Below, in pieces: positions 8,994 through 19,125 of a stretch of 64,000 nt of DNA. The number at the start of each line of letters is the position of its first letter. The first letter of the stretch is position 1. Location of the stretch: the NCBI GenBank assembly GCA_965243025.1, contig CBDETY010000003.1, positions 1,984,001 to 2,048,000 on the forward strand. The letters run 5' to 3'. The notes below the pieces were generated by a model that did no database searches, was not told where the DNA came from, and saw nothing but the letters and a program-made list of their open reading frames with translations. The DNA is from Candidatus Latescibacterota bacterium (GTDB taxonomy: Bacteria > Latescibacterota > UBA2968 > UBA8231). The translations under genes were made by a program, and so were the position numbers.

Positions 8994-11900
8994 ATGGAAA
9001 AAACACTCAACGCCCGCGATTACCGGCTGTTCGCCGTCTGTTTCGTCGTCGCCGCGATCAGCCTGGTGACGGCGAGCCACTTCTTCTACGACGCCTTCCC
9101 GGAAGCGACCATCGACTTCCGCATCACCCGCGAGGAGGCGGGGGAACGGGCGCGGACCTTTCTCGACAGCCGCGGCCTCGACCTCGAGGGGTACCGCCAC
9201 ACCGCCATCTTCCTCTACGACGGCACCGCCAAGACCTTCCTCGAGCGCGAGCTGGGGCTCGAAGGGGCCACCGCCCTTATCGGCAACCCGGTGCGCATGT
9301 GGCGCTGGAGCAACCGCTGGGTCCGGGAGCTGGAGAAGGAAGAGTTCCGCGTGCAGTACACGACCGCCGGGGAGCTGGCCGGCTTCTCCCACCTGATCGA
9401 AGAGGAGGCCGAGGGGGCAAGCCTCGACCAGGCCGAAGCCCGCTCCCTGGCCGAGCATTTCCTCACCGGGACGATGGGCCGCGACCTGGCGGGGCTGACC
9501 TTCGTCGAGGCCGAGATCACCGAGCGCCCCAACCGCAGCGACCACACCTTCACCTGGAAGCTGTCCGACTTCGAGGTCTCCGAGGCGACCTACCGCCTGA
9601 CGGTCGGCATCCAGGGAGACCGGGTCGGCCGGTACAGCGAGTACCTAAAGGTTCCCGAAGCCTGGCAGCGGGAGTACGAGGAGCTGCGCTCCTACAACGA
9701 AGCGACCGGCCTGGTCGCCGCGGTTCTCATGATTCTCACCTGGATCGCCATGCTCGTCATCCTGACCCAGAGCATCCGCGCCCGGGACGTGCGCTGGAAG
9801 ACGGTGACGGTCTTCACCGCCATCGCCTTCGCCCTGACCTTCCTCGCCCAGCTCAACACCCTGCCGCTCACCGAATACAACTTCGACACCACCGAGACCT
9901 ACGGCAGCTTCCTCACCGGGCACCTGCTCCTGGCGCTGCTGTCGGCCCTCGGGCAGGCGGTCCTCATCGGCTTTCTCACCGCCGGGGCCGAGCCCATCTA
10001 CCGCCGCTCCTACGGGGACCAGGTCAGTCTCAACCAGCAGTTCCTGCCCGCGGGAATCCGCACCAAGCGCTTCCTGACCGGCACCGTCATCGGCCTGACC
10101 ATGACCGCCCTGTTCGTCGCCTACCAGACCGTCTTCTACGTCGTCGCCGACGACCTGGGGGCCTGGAGCCCGGCGCAGATCCCCTACGACCAGATGGTCA
10201 ACACCTACATCCCGTGGGTCGTCGTCCTGCTGATCGGGTTCATGCCGGCGGTCTCCGAGGAGTTCACCTCGCGCGCCTTCTCGATCCCCTTCCTGCAGCG
10301 GTTCCTGAAGAAGCGCTGGCTCGCCGTGGTGATCTCCGCCCTGGTCTGGGGATTCGCCCACGCCGGGTACCCGCAGCAGCCGTTCTACATCCGCGGCATC
10401 GAGGTCGGCCTCGCCGGGATCGCCGTCGGCTACGTGATGATCCGCTGGGGGCTGCTGCCGGCCCTGGTCTGGCACTACACCATCGACGCCTTCTACACCG
10501 CCATGATCCTGCTGCGGTCGAGCAACAGCTACTTCGTCGTCTCGGCCGGGGTGTCGGTCGGCATCATGCTGCTGCCGTTCGCCGCGGCCCTGGTCCTGTA
10601 CGTGCGGCACCGGTTCTTCGTCGATCCCGAGCCGCTGCTCAACCGCTCGGAAAGCCCCCCTCCCGACGGGGCCCGGGAAGCCCGGCCCGGGGAGGCGGCC
10701 CCGGCGCCCGAAGCCGAACCGCTCTCCGCGCCGGAGCCTGCGTCGGCGTACACCGCCCTGTCGTGGCGCCGGCTTCTGCTCTCGACCGCGGTCGTCGCCG
10801 CCGCGGCCGGAATATTCTTCATCGACTACGACAAGCCGTTGAAGGGGACTGCCTTCACCGTCACCGCGCCGGAGGCGGAGGAGGCCGCGAGAAGCTACCT
10901 CGGAGACCGCGGGATCGATCTCGAGGGGTACCGGGTGGTGGTGACCGGTTCCTCCGCGGCGAGTCGCAACGTCGCCAAGTACCGCCTGGAGCGGGCCGGC
11001 TTCACGGCCATAGACAGCCTCTACAGCCGGCACCTGCCCCTGAACCGCTGGCGGGTGCGGTTCTTCCGGCCCCTCGAAAAGGAGGAGTTCCACGTGTACG
11101 TCGACTGCGGCGACGGTGCGGTCGATTCCTACACCCACCTGGTGGAGGAGGAGGCTCCCGGCGCCGACCTCCCGGAAGAGGAGGCGCGGGCCCTCGCCGA
11201 GGCTCACGTGCGGGAGTTCGGAGTCGATCCGGGCCGGTTCGAGCTGGTGGAGTCCTCCTCGGAGAAGATGAAGGCGAGGCGCGACCACAACTTCGTCTGG
11301 GAGGCGATGGACGGGGACCCGCGCAACCTCGACGAGTCCTTCTACCGGATCGAGGTCGACGTGATCGGCGACGAGGCGAGCCGCCTCCGCCGCTTCGTCA
11401 AGCTGCCCGAGGAATGGCTGCGAGACCGCGAGGAGAGCACCACCCTGAAAGCGGCGATCTCGGCGCTGCAGATCATCGTCGTCGTCGCCGTCGTCCTGCA
11501 CCTGATCTGGCTGCTGGTCCGGCAGATGCGCTCGCAGGCCCTCGGCTGGCGCAAACCGGTGACGCTCGGCCTGATCGCCGGCGCCCTGTTCCTGGTCGGC
11601 TACCTCAACAGCCTGCCGGCCTTCTTCGCCGGGTACAGCACCGCCATGGCAACCTCGATCTTCACCGTCATACAGATCGTCGGCGCGGTGCTGGGACTGA
11701 TCGCCGTCGGCCTCGGGGTGGTGTGCTATCTCGGGCTGGCCGATTCCCTCTACCCGGGATGCCTCGAGCGGCTGCGGGGGCCGGGACGGGCGGAATTCTT
11801 CCGCGACGCCGCCTGGATCGCCCTGCTCGCCTGGGTGGCAGGAAAGGCGGGGGACCGCCTCGCCGTCCTCGCCGCCCGGCAGTTCCCCGGGTTCGCCGAG

Positions 11901-12374
11901 CCCTCCTTCGGCCTCCTGTCGGTGACCGGGATGAACGACGCCGCCCCGGCCGTCAGCGGTCTGATCGCCACGCTGACCAGCGGAGCCCTGCTGCCGATCG
12001 CCTACGGCGTCGCCCTGTTCTACGCCCTGAAGGTCCTGAAGAAACCGGCGTACGTGATCGCCGTCATCGCCGCCCTGCTTCTGATCTTCGAAGGGGGGGC
12101 CTTCAACGCCGGCGAGTTCCTCCTCGGCGCCGGGACGAACGCCATCGAAATAGCGATCGTCGCGGCCGTCATCGCCTTCCTGCTGCGCGGCAACATCCTC
12201 GCCTACATCCTGCTCGGCGTGCTGACCGCCACCCTGGACCCTGCCTTCGATCTCGTGCGCCAGCCCGCCGCCTGGTTCTCGGTGAACGGGTGGATCTGGC
12301 TCGCCGTCGTCGCCGCGGCCATCGGCGCCTTCTGGGTAGAGTCGCGCCGCCACCTGCCGCAGGCGGAGCGCTGA
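8994..12374 (+). CDS. Large CPBP (Abi/CAAX) intramembrane protease with an internal duplication
   Basis: SEEFTSR, WGFAH, WHYTID motifs; many TM segments; two copies of a DLEGYR...LEKEEF...EEEA.GA.L domain. Confidence 0.85.
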   Translation: MEKTLNARDYRLFAVCFVVAAISLVTASHFFYDAFPEATIDFRITREEAGERARTFLDSRGLDLEGYRHTAIFLYDGTAKTFLERELGLEGATALIGNPVRMWRWSNRWVRELEKEEFRVQYTTAGELAGFSHLIEEEAEGASLDQAEARSLAEHFLTGTMGRDLAGLTFVEAEITERPNRSDHTFTWKLSDFEVSEATYRLTVGIQGDRVGRYSEYLKVPEAWQREYEELRSYNEATGLVAAVLMILTWIAMLVILTQSIRARDVRWKTVTVFTAIAFALTFLAQLNTLPLTEYNFDTTETYGSFLTGHLLLALLSALGQAVLIGFLTAGAEPIYRRSYGDQVSLNQQFLPAGIRTKRFLTGTVIGLTMTALFVAYQTVFYVVADDLGAWSPAQIPYDQMVNTYIPWVVVLLIGFMPAVSEEFTSRAFSIPFLQRFLKKRWLAVVISALVWGFAHAGYPQQPFYIRGIEVGLAGIAVGYVMIRWGLLPALVWHYTIDAFYTAMILLRSSNSYFVVSAGVSVGIMLLPFAAALVLYVRHRFFVDPEPLLNRSESPPPDGAREARPGEAAPAPEAEPLSAPEPASAYTALSWRRLLLSTAVVAAAAGIFFIDYDKPLKGTAFTVTAPEAEEAARSYLGDRGIDLEGYRVVVTGSSAASRNVAKYRLERAGFTAIDSLYSRHLPLNRWRVRFFRPLEKEEFHVYVDCGDGAVDSYTHLVEEEAPGADLPEEEARALAEAHVREFGVDPGRFELVESSSEKMKARRDHNFVWEAMDGDPRNLDESFYRIEVDVIGDEASRLRRFVKLPEEWLRDREESTTLKAAISALQIIVVVAVVLHLIWLLVRQMRSQALGWRKPVTLGLIAGALFLVGYLNSLPAFFAGYSTAMATSIFTVIQIVGAVLGLIAVGLGVVCYLGLADSLYPGCLERLRGPGRAEFFRDAAWIALLAWVAGKAGDRLAVLAARQFPGFAEPSFGLLSVTGMNDAAPAVSGLIATLTSGALLPIAYGVALFYALKVLKKPAYVIAVIAALLLIFEGGAFNAGEFLLGAGTNAIEIAIVAAVIAFLLRGNILAYILLGVLTATLDPAFDLVRQPAAWFSVNGWIWLAVVAAAIGAFWVESRRHLPQAER

Positions 12375-12399
12375 TCGGTTGCCCCTCATTCGACGAGCG

Positions 12400-13107
12400 A
12401 TGCGCGTTCTGATCACCGGGGCGGCCGGGGCCGTCGGATCGACCCTGGTCGCAGGCCTGAAGGGGCGCCACGAGCTTCGCGGCCTCGACCTGGTCGAGGT
12501 GCCCGGCCTCGAGGCGGAAGACGTCTTGGTCGGGGACCTGTCCGATTTCGAGGTGACCCTCGAGGCGACGCGGGACATCGAGGCCGTCATCCATCTCGGC
12601 GGAAACCCCGGGGGCAGCGCCACCTGGGAGCAGATCCTGCCCAACAACATCGTCGGGACCTACAACATCTTCGAGGCGAGCCGCCGCAACGGCGTGCGCC
12701 GCGTCGCCTTCGCCAGCCGGGCCGGGCTGCTGGGGGCCTACCCCAAGTCGCTGCGGCGAACCGTGGACCTGGTCCCGCTGCCGCAGAACTACTACACGAT
12801 AAGCAAGGCCTTCGGCGAGGAGATCGGTTACATGTACGCGACCCGCTTCGACATGGAGGTGGTGTCGGTGCGCATCGGCAATTTCAACCGGAACCGCGAC
12901 CTTCCCGAACATCCCCACCACCTCAGTCACGGAGACTGCGTGCGGGTGTTCGAGCGCGCCATCATCCACCCCGGGGTCCGCTACGAAGTGGTGTTCGGCG
13001 TCTCCGACAGCAACTGGCCGATGTACGATCTCGACCACGGCCGCAGGGTGCTGGGGTACGAACCGCGGGACCGGGCGGAAGTTCCGCCGGAAGAATGGGG
13101 TACCTGA
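12400..13107 (+). CDS. NAD-dependent epimerase/dehydrogenase (uronate dehydrogenase-like)
   Basis: LITGAAGAVG, NIVGTYNIFEA, YTISK, RIG, GVSDS.W. Confidence 0.88.
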   Translation: MRVLITGAAGAVGSTLVAGLKGRHELRGLDLVEVPGLEAEDVLVGDLSDFEVTLEATRDIEAVIHLGGNPGGSATWEQILPNNIVGTYNIFEASRRNGVRRVAFASRAGLLGAYPKSLRRTVDLVPLPQNYYTISKAFGEEIGYMYATRFDMEVVSVRIGNFNRNRDLPEHPHHLSHGDCVRVFERAIIHPGVRYEVVFGVSDSNWPMYDLDHGRRVLGYEPRDRAEVPPEEWGT

Positions 13108-13193
13108 TCGGTTTTTCCTGCCCCGGTACGAAAGGGAGGCCGCAATGGCCAAATACTTCCCTTGATTTTCTTAGATGGTTTTTTTTCTGAAAG

Positions 13194-13667
13194 ATGAAAA
13201 AGCGAGTTTACATCGAAACAACGATTCCCAGCTATCTGACGGCCCAGTTGAGTCATGACCTGCTTCAAACCGCGAGGCGACAATTGACTTACTCTTGGTG
13301 GCACAAGGATCGTCACAATTTCGATCTTTGCATTTCACAAATCGTACTGGATGAAGCAGCTTCCGGAGATGCGGATGCAATTTAGAGACGCCTGTCTTTC
13401 CTGCGGGATCTTCCGCTTCTCGACCTGACCGAAGCTGTGAACGTTGTCGCAAAGGCTATAATTGATTCTGCCCTGCTCCCGCGAGTGGCAGCGCGTGATG
13501 CCATCCATATCGCAGTTTCATCGGTCCACAACATCGATATACTTTTAACCTGGAACTGTCGACACATCGCCAATGCTGCTATCATGAAGGAACTCCGTGC
13601 CCTCGTGGCGGATTGCGGTTATGAATTGCCAATACTTTGTACACCCGAAGAATTGCTCGGAGATTGA
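13194..13667 (+). pseudogene. PIN-domain (VapC-like) toxin with an in-frame TAG at 13383-13385
   Basis: VYIETTIPSYL ... * ... DAIHIA, LLTWNCRHIAN, CTPEELL in one frame; low GC. Confidence 0.88.
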
Positions 13668-13672
13668 TTGTC

Positions 13673-13849
13673 ATGGAACCAATGGAGGATCAGGAAACCA
13701 CGGATGAGATCATCCAGGAGACGAGAAGGATCAAGGAAGCTTTGGCAAAACCCCTGGACTTTGACGTGGATCGGATTCTGGATGTTGCGAGGAAACGGCA
13801 GGAAAAATCCGGAAGAAAGGTTCTTTTACCTCCGGTAGAAACCACATGA
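13673..13849 (+). CDS. Small putative antitoxin partner of the PIN toxin
   Basis: DEIIQETRRIKEALA..DFDVDRI...RQEKSGRK directly after the PIN gene; similar to 57793-58035. Confidence 0.7.
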   Translation: MEPMEDQETTDEIIQETRRIKEALAKPLDFDVDRILDVARKRQEKSGRKVLLPPVETT

Positions 13850-13936
13850 TGAAACTTCCGGGGAATTAACTCGCCCGTTCATTCCGTATTCGCAAGAATC
13901 CCCCCGAACGTTCCTTTCCCGACTGAACCCCCCGCC

Positions 13937-14587
13937 TCAGACCCGCTCCGCCCGCGGCTGCGCCTTTCCGTGGGTGTGGTCCCAGAGGTGGCCGCGGCGC
14001 TTCTCCCCTTCCATGGTGGTCTCGAAATAGACGGCCCGCACCGGCTCGTGCACGAGCGGGAAATCGTGGTGGTGCCCCATGCCGGTGGCCACGCAGTCCC
14101 CTGCCGACACCTCGTAGCTCTTCCCTTCCGACACCGCGACCCCTCTCCCGGCGAACAGGATCCAGTACTCGTCGCAGTCGTGGAAGTGGCAGTCGAAGCG
14201 GGTCCGCTTCTCGTATGCCACAGAATCTCCCCGGTCCTCGCGCTCCCCGTCCGCCGCCTCCTCCACCGAGAACAGCCCGGAGCCGCCGACCTCGTCCCCC
14301 CATTCGCCGGCCATGCGGATCAGGGTGGCGTCCTCGGAGACCCCGAGGATGCTGAAGCCGGCCTCCCCTTCCCCTTCGAACAGGTCGATGTTGGCTCCCT
14401 TTTCGGCGGCCTGCTCCCTGCCGCCCACCGAGACCGAGCAGGCGCCCTCGCCGACGATCAGCTTCTCCCTGGGGCCGGCGCGGTCGAAGTCGTACCTGCC
14501 GGCCCCGGCGGGCAGGTCGACGATGTCGAATCGGTGCAGCTCGCACCAGGCCGGGGCCTGGCCGCTGCCTGCGCGAAAAACCGGCAT
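13937..14587 (-). CDS. Cupin-domain protein
   Basis: HFHDCDEYW ... GDCVATGMGHHH cupin metal motifs. Confidence 0.82.
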   Translation of the reverse strand: MPVFRAGSGQAPAWCELHRFDIVDLPAGAGRYDFDRAGPREKLIVGEGACSVSVGGREQAAEKGANIDLFEGEGEAGFSILGVSEDATLIRMAGEWGDEVGGSGLFSVEEAADGEREDRGDSVAYEKRTRFDCHFHDCDEYWILFAGRGVAVSEGKSYEVSAGDCVATGMGHHHDFPLVHEPVRAVYFETTMEGEKRRGHLWDHTHGKAQPRAERV

Positions 14588-14612
14588 GAGATTTCCTCCC
14601 TCTCCTGGCTAA

Positions 14613-16388
14613 TCAGTCGGTGTAAGGGACCTCGACGACGCGGGCCTCCAGCTCCGCCCGCAGCTCCCGGACCCGCCCGGTCACGTGCTCGACGGCGCTC
14701 TCCACCGGGACGTCGGCGGCCTTCTCCTCGCGCCGCAGCTTGACCTCGACCTGTCCCTTCTTCAGGGACCGGTCCCCTATGGTGATGCGGACCGGCAGTC
14801 CGATCAGGTCGGCGTCGTTGAACTTCACCCCCGGGTTCTCGCCGCGGTCGTCGTAGAGCACCTCGACCCCCGCCTCCCGGAGGCTGTCGTAGAGCGCCTC
14901 GGACGCTTCCTGTACCGCCCCGGCGCTTTTTGCCAGCGAGACGAGGTGCACCTGGAAGGGGGCGATCGATACCGGCAGGGCAAGGCCGTTGTCGTCGTGG
15001 TACTCCTGGGCGACGCAGGCCAGCAGGCGCCCGACGCCGATGCCGTACGAGCCCATGAGAACCGGCCGCGGCTTGCCTTCGGCGTCGAGGAAGGAGCAGT
15101 TCATCGACTCGGAGTAGCGGGTGCCGAGCTGGAAGATGTTGCCGACCTCGACCCCCCGGCTGACCTGCAGCGGTCCGCCGCACTGACTGCAGACCGCCCC
15201 CTCTCCCACCGCGGCGATGTCGGCGACCGCTTCGGCTTCCCAGTCGCGGCCGTAGTTGACGTTGCGCAGGTGGTACCCCTCCTCGTTCGCCCCCGACACG
15301 AGGTTGGCGGCCCCGGGGATCGAGTCGTCGGCGACCACCAGGGCGTCTTCGACCCCCATCGGCGACGCGTACCCCGGAACGGCGCCGCTCGCCAGGATCT
15401 CCTCGTCGTGGGCGGGTCGCAGGGACAGGGCCCCGGCGGCGTTGGCCAGCTTGGTCTCGTTGACCTCCATGTCGCCGCGGATCACCGCCAGGATCAGCCG
15501 CTCCTCCTGCTCCTCATCCGATTCGCCGCGGAACCTGCCCATCACGAACAGGGCCTTGGCCGTCCTGCTCTCGGGGATCTCGAGGAGCCGCGCCAGCGCC
15601 TCGATGGTCGGTGTATCAGGCGTGGCCACCCGTTCTGTCGACTGCGCCTCCTCCGGCTCTGCCGCGGCCTTGGCGAACTGGGCGACCTGGCCGTTGGCGG
15701 AGTACCCGCACCCGGGGCAGTGGACGATGCTGTCCTCGCCGACCGCGGTGAGGTAGATGTACTCGTGGGAGAGCTTGCCCCCCATCATGCCGACGTCGGC
15801 CTTGACGGCGATGGTCGGGATGCCGCAGCGGTTGAAGATGTTGAAGTAGGCCTGGAAATGGTCGCGGTACTGCTTCTCCAGCCCGGCCTCGTCGGCGTCG
15901 AGGGAGTAGCTGTCCTTCATGGTGAACTCCCGCACCCGCAGCAGCCCGGAGCGGGGCCGCGGGTCGTCCCGCCACTTCGTCTGCAGGTGGTAGAGGAGCT
16001 GCGGCAGCTGCCGGTAGGACTTGATCTCCCTGCGCACGAGGTCGGCGACCACCTCCTCGTGGGTCATGGCGAGCACCATGTCGCGGTCCGAGCGGTCGCT
16101 GAAGCGCCCCATCTCCGCGTCGATGTCGTACCAGCGGCCGGTCTCCTTCCAGATGTCGGCCGGGTGCACGACGGGCATGGTGATCTCCTGGCCGCCGATG
16201 GCGTCGATCTCCTCGCGTATGATCGCCTCGATCTTGTCGAAGGCGCGGCGCGCCAGCGGCAGGTAGCTGAAGATCCCGCTCGCCAGCTGCCGGACGTACC
16301 CGGCCCGCAGCAGCAGCACGTGGCTGGCGACCTCGGCGTCGGCCGGGGCCTCGCGCAGCGTCTGGCTGAACAGGGCGCTCATTCTCAT
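14613..16388 (-). CDS. proS: Proline--tRNA ligase with editing insertion domain
   Basis: MRMSALFSQTLRE, THEE, KWRDDPRPR, REFTMKDSYS, EVGNIFQLG, GSYGIGVGR. Confidence 0.97.
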   Translation of the reverse strand: MRMSALFSQTLREAPADAEVASHVLLLRAGYVRQLASGIFSYLPLARRAFDKIEAIIREEIDAIGGQEITMPVVHPADIWKETGRWYDIDAEMGRFSDRSDRDMVLAMTHEEVVADLVRREIKSYRQLPQLLYHLQTKWRDDPRPRSGLLRVREFTMKDSYSLDADEAGLEKQYRDHFQAYFNIFNRCGIPTIAVKADVGMMGGKLSHEYIYLTAVGEDSIVHCPGCGYSANGQVAQFAKAAAEPEEAQSTERVATPDTPTIEALARLLEIPESRTAKALFVMGRFRGESDEEQEERLILAVIRGDMEVNETKLANAAGALSLRPAHDEEILASGAVPGYASPMGVEDALVVADDSIPGAANLVSGANEEGYHLRNVNYGRDWEAEAVADIAAVGEGAVCSQCGGPLQVSRGVEVGNIFQLGTRYSESMNCSFLDAEGKPRPVLMGSYGIGVGRLLACVAQEYHDDNGLALPVSIAPFQVHLVSLAKSAGAVQEASEALYDSLREAGVEVLYDDRGENPGVKFNDADLIGLPVRITIGDRSLKKGQVEVKLRREEKAADVPVESAVEHVTGRVRELRAELEARVVEVPYTD

Positions 16389-16390
16389 CG

Positions 16391-17080
16391 TCAGTTCTTC
16401 CTTTCCTTGCGGACCAGGGCCAGCAGCGACTTGTACATCGCGTACACGGATACGGCGACCCAGGTGAAGGCGATCGGGTAGGCCAGCGGCGGCGCGCCCC
16501 AGTAGGCGGCGAGTATGCCGGCGTCGGTCTGCTCGGTGTACATCCACAGGTCGGTGCGGAAGTCGTGGAGGCTGTAGATGCAGAGCATGACCCCGAGCCA
16601 GACGGCGCCCGCGGTCCCGGCGCGCTGGCTCTTGATCGCCAGGAGGACGAACACCATGCCGCCGAAGATCCCGAAGTAGAAGTCGCCGGCCCCGGCCGGG
16701 GTGTACCAGATCGTCATCCCCATGGTGGCGGCGCCGATGAAGAGCAGGGCCAGCCTCTGCACCTGCGGGAAGCAGCCGGCGTAGATCAGCAGCGCACCGA
16801 CCAGGGCGGAGCCGACGTACCCTGCAGAGCTGATGATCGGGAAGATACCCCCCCGGGTCAGGGTGTGGCCCGACTCGTCCCAGGCGGTGCGGATCTCGAC
16901 GACCTCGCCGCCGGTCAGCAGCGCGGCGCCGGCATGGCAGACCTCGTGCACCATGACCACGAAGACGCGGAACGGCTTTATCAGGCCGGTTTCCCAGAAG
17001 GCGAGCACCACCAGGGTCGAAAACAGGTGGTAGCGGAAGCGCCAGAAGACCACGGCGGCGCGGGAGATTCTCTTCTTCAC
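16391..17080 (-). CDS. M50B-family membrane metallopeptidase
   Basis: HEVCH...TGG, SAGYVG, TDA motif, hydrophobic helices. Confidence 0.85.
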   Translation of the reverse strand: MKKRISRAAVVFWRFRYHLFSTLVVLAFWETGLIKPFRVFVVMVHEVCHAGAALLTGGEVVEIRTAWDESGHTLTRGGIFPIISSAGYVGSALVGALLIYAGCFPQVQRLALLFIGAATMGMTIWYTPAGAGDFYFGIFGGMVFVLLAIKSQRAGTAGAVWLGVMLCIYSLHDFRTDLWMYTEQTDAGILAAYWGAPPLAYPIAFTWVAVSVYAMYKSLLALVRKERKN

Positions 17081-17178
17081 CGGCACGGCCTGCAAGCCCT
17101 CCCTGCGGCTGCCCGGCCTTCGCTCGGCCGTCCCTCGGATTTCGCGAAAGTCATGCCGACAAGACCGTGTACCGATAC

Positions 17179-19110
17179 CTACCCGGCCAGCTCCTCGGAC
17201 CTGGAGGCGATGCGCCCGCCGATCAGGGCCGCCGCCTCGGAGACCGCCATCGAATCGAGCTGCTCGCCGGAGCGGAGCCGGATCGATACTTCCCCGTTTT
17301 CTACCTCGCGGTCCCCGGCGATCAGCATGTAGGGGACCTTCTGCGTCTGCGCGGCGCGGATGCGGTAGCCGAGGGTGTTGTCCCCCTCGACCTCGGCGCG
17401 CACCCCGGCTGCCGCCAGGGTTGCCCCCACTCCCGCGGCGTAGTCGGCGTGGCCCTCCCCGATCGGCAGCACCACCGCCTGCACCGGGGCGAGCCAGGGC
17501 GGGAAGGCCCCGGCGTAATGCTCGATCAGGAAGCCGATGGTGCGCTCGTGGGTCCCCAGCGGGGCGCGGTGGATGCAGATCGGCGTCTCCTGGCCCCCCT
17601 CGGCGTTGGTGTAGACGAGGCCGTAGCGGGCCGGCACCGCGAAGTCGACCTGGTTGGTGGCGATCGAGAACTCGCGGCCGATGGCGCTCCAGACCTCGAC
17701 GTCGATCTTGGGGCCGTAGAAGGCCGCCTCCCCGGCGACCTCGACGTGGTTGATGCCGCCGTTGGCGAGGGCGCGGCGCACGCGCTCCTCGGTCTCGACC
17801 CAGAGCTCCGGCTCGTCGACGTACTTCTTCCCGAGGTCCTGCGATTCGTGGGTGCTGAAACGCATCACGTACTTGTCGATGCCGAACAGCTCGAAGTAGC
17901 CGAGGTACATGCGGCAGACGGCGAGGAACTCCTCCTCGAACTGGCCGAGGGTGCAGTAGATGTGGGCGTCGTTCATCTGCATCGAGCGCACCCGCATCAG
18001 CCCGAACAGCTCCCCGGACTGCTCGTAGCGGTAGCAGGTCCCGTACTCGGCGAGCCGCAGCGGCAGGTCGCGGTAGCTGCGCGGGACCGAGGCGAACACC
18101 TTGTGGTGGTGGGGGCAGTTCATCGGCTTGAGGTAGTATTTCACCCCCTCCATCTCCATCGGCGGGAACATCGACTCGGCGTAGTAGGGCAGGTGGCCGC
18201 TGCGCACGAACATCGAGTCCTTGCAGATGTGGGGGGTGCGCACCTGCAGGTACCCCGCCTCGCGCTCCGTCTCCCTGGCCAGCCGTTCCAGCTCCTCGAT
18301 CAGGACCGTCCCCTTCGGCTGCCACAGCGGCAGGCCGGGGCCGACCTCGTCGTCGAAGAAGAAGAGCTCGAGGTCCTGCCCGAGGCGGCGGTGGTCCCGC
18401 TTCTTCGCCTCCTCGAGCATGGTCAGGTGCCCGTCGAGGGCCTCGCGGGTCGCGAACGCGGTGCCGTAGATCCGCTGCAGCATCTTGTTGTTCTCGTCGC
18501 CGCGCCAGTAGGCGCCGGCCAGCGACAGCAGCTTGAAGTGCCTGGCCTGGCCGGTGCTGAGCATGTGCGGCCCGCGGCAGAGATCGGTGAAGTCGCCGTC
18601 GCGGTAGAAGGACAGCGTCTCCCCCTCCTCGAGGTCGGCGATGATCTCGAGCTTGTAGGGATCCTCCCCGACGAAGGCGACCGCCTCCTCCCGCGGCAGG
18701 GAGAAGCGCTCGAAGCGGTGGTTCTGCTTTACGATCCGCTTCATCTCCTTCTCGATGCGCTGAAGGTCGTCCGGGGTGAACGAGGCCTCGCAGTCGAAGT
18801 CGTAGTAGAAGCCGTCGGCGATGGCCGGGCCGATGGCCAGCCGCACCCCGGGGAAGAGCCGGCGCACCGCCTGCGCCATCACGTGGGCGACGCTGTGGCG
18901 GTAGATCCAGGCCGCTTCCTCCGAGTCCCAGGGAATCAGCTCGACCTCGGCGTCTTCCGGGAGCTCGGTGTGGAAGTCGATCCGCTCCTCGCCGGCGCGG
19001 GCCCCGATGTATTCCCTGAGCAGCTTCTTGTCGAGGGACAGGAGGATCTCCTTGAGGGCCCCTCCTCCCTCGTGCTCCAGCAGGTTTCCGTGTCTGTCGG
19101 TGATTTTCAT
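17179..19110 (-). CDS. thrS: Threonine--tRNA ligase
   Basis: RHSVAHVMAQA, DLCRGPH, RDHRRLG, KPMNCPHH, FYGPKID, IHRAPLG. Confidence 0.97.
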   Translation of the reverse strand: MKITDRHGNLLEHEGGGALKEILLSLDKKLLREYIGARAGEERIDFHTELPEDAEVELIPWDSEEAAWIYRHSVAHVMAQAVRRLFPGVRLAIGPAIADGFYYDFDCEASFTPDDLQRIEKEMKRIVKQNHRFERFSLPREEAVAFVGEDPYKLEIIADLEEGETLSFYRDGDFTDLCRGPHMLSTGQARHFKLLSLAGAYWRGDENNKMLQRIYGTAFATREALDGHLTMLEEAKKRDHRRLGQDLELFFFDDEVGPGLPLWQPKGTVLIEELERLARETEREAGYLQVRTPHICKDSMFVRSGHLPYYAESMFPPMEMEGVKYYLKPMNCPHHHKVFASVPRSYRDLPLRLAEYGTCYRYEQSGELFGLMRVRSMQMNDAHIYCTLGQFEEEFLAVCRMYLGYFELFGIDKYVMRFSTHESQDLGKKYVDEPELWVETEERVRRALANGGINHVEVAGEAAFYGPKIDVEVWSAIGREFSIATNQVDFAVPARYGLVYTNAEGGQETPICIHRAPLGTHERTIGFLIEHYAGAFPPWLAPVQAVVLPIGEGHADYAAGVGATLAAAGVRAEVEGDNTLGYRIRAAQTQKVPYMLIAGDREVENGEVSIRLRSGEQLDSMAVSEAAALIGGRIASRSEELAG

Positions 19111-19125
19111 TGCAGTTCCGCCGAT

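Noticed and set aside
9299-12650. Very long overlapping and antisense ORFs (also 23103-26033, 46068-48365, 62679-63977 and others)
   Set aside because: These are shadow ORFs of high-GC3 genes, with Arg/Pro/Gly-rich or antisense-type composition and no motifs.
13383-13385. Genome-wide TAG reassignment
   Set aside because: Core genes here end correctly at TAG (for example 4187, 17179, 19482, 29432).
13860-13868. Second IS1595 end (GGGGAATTA)
   Set aside because: The match is only 8-9 nt and does not extend.
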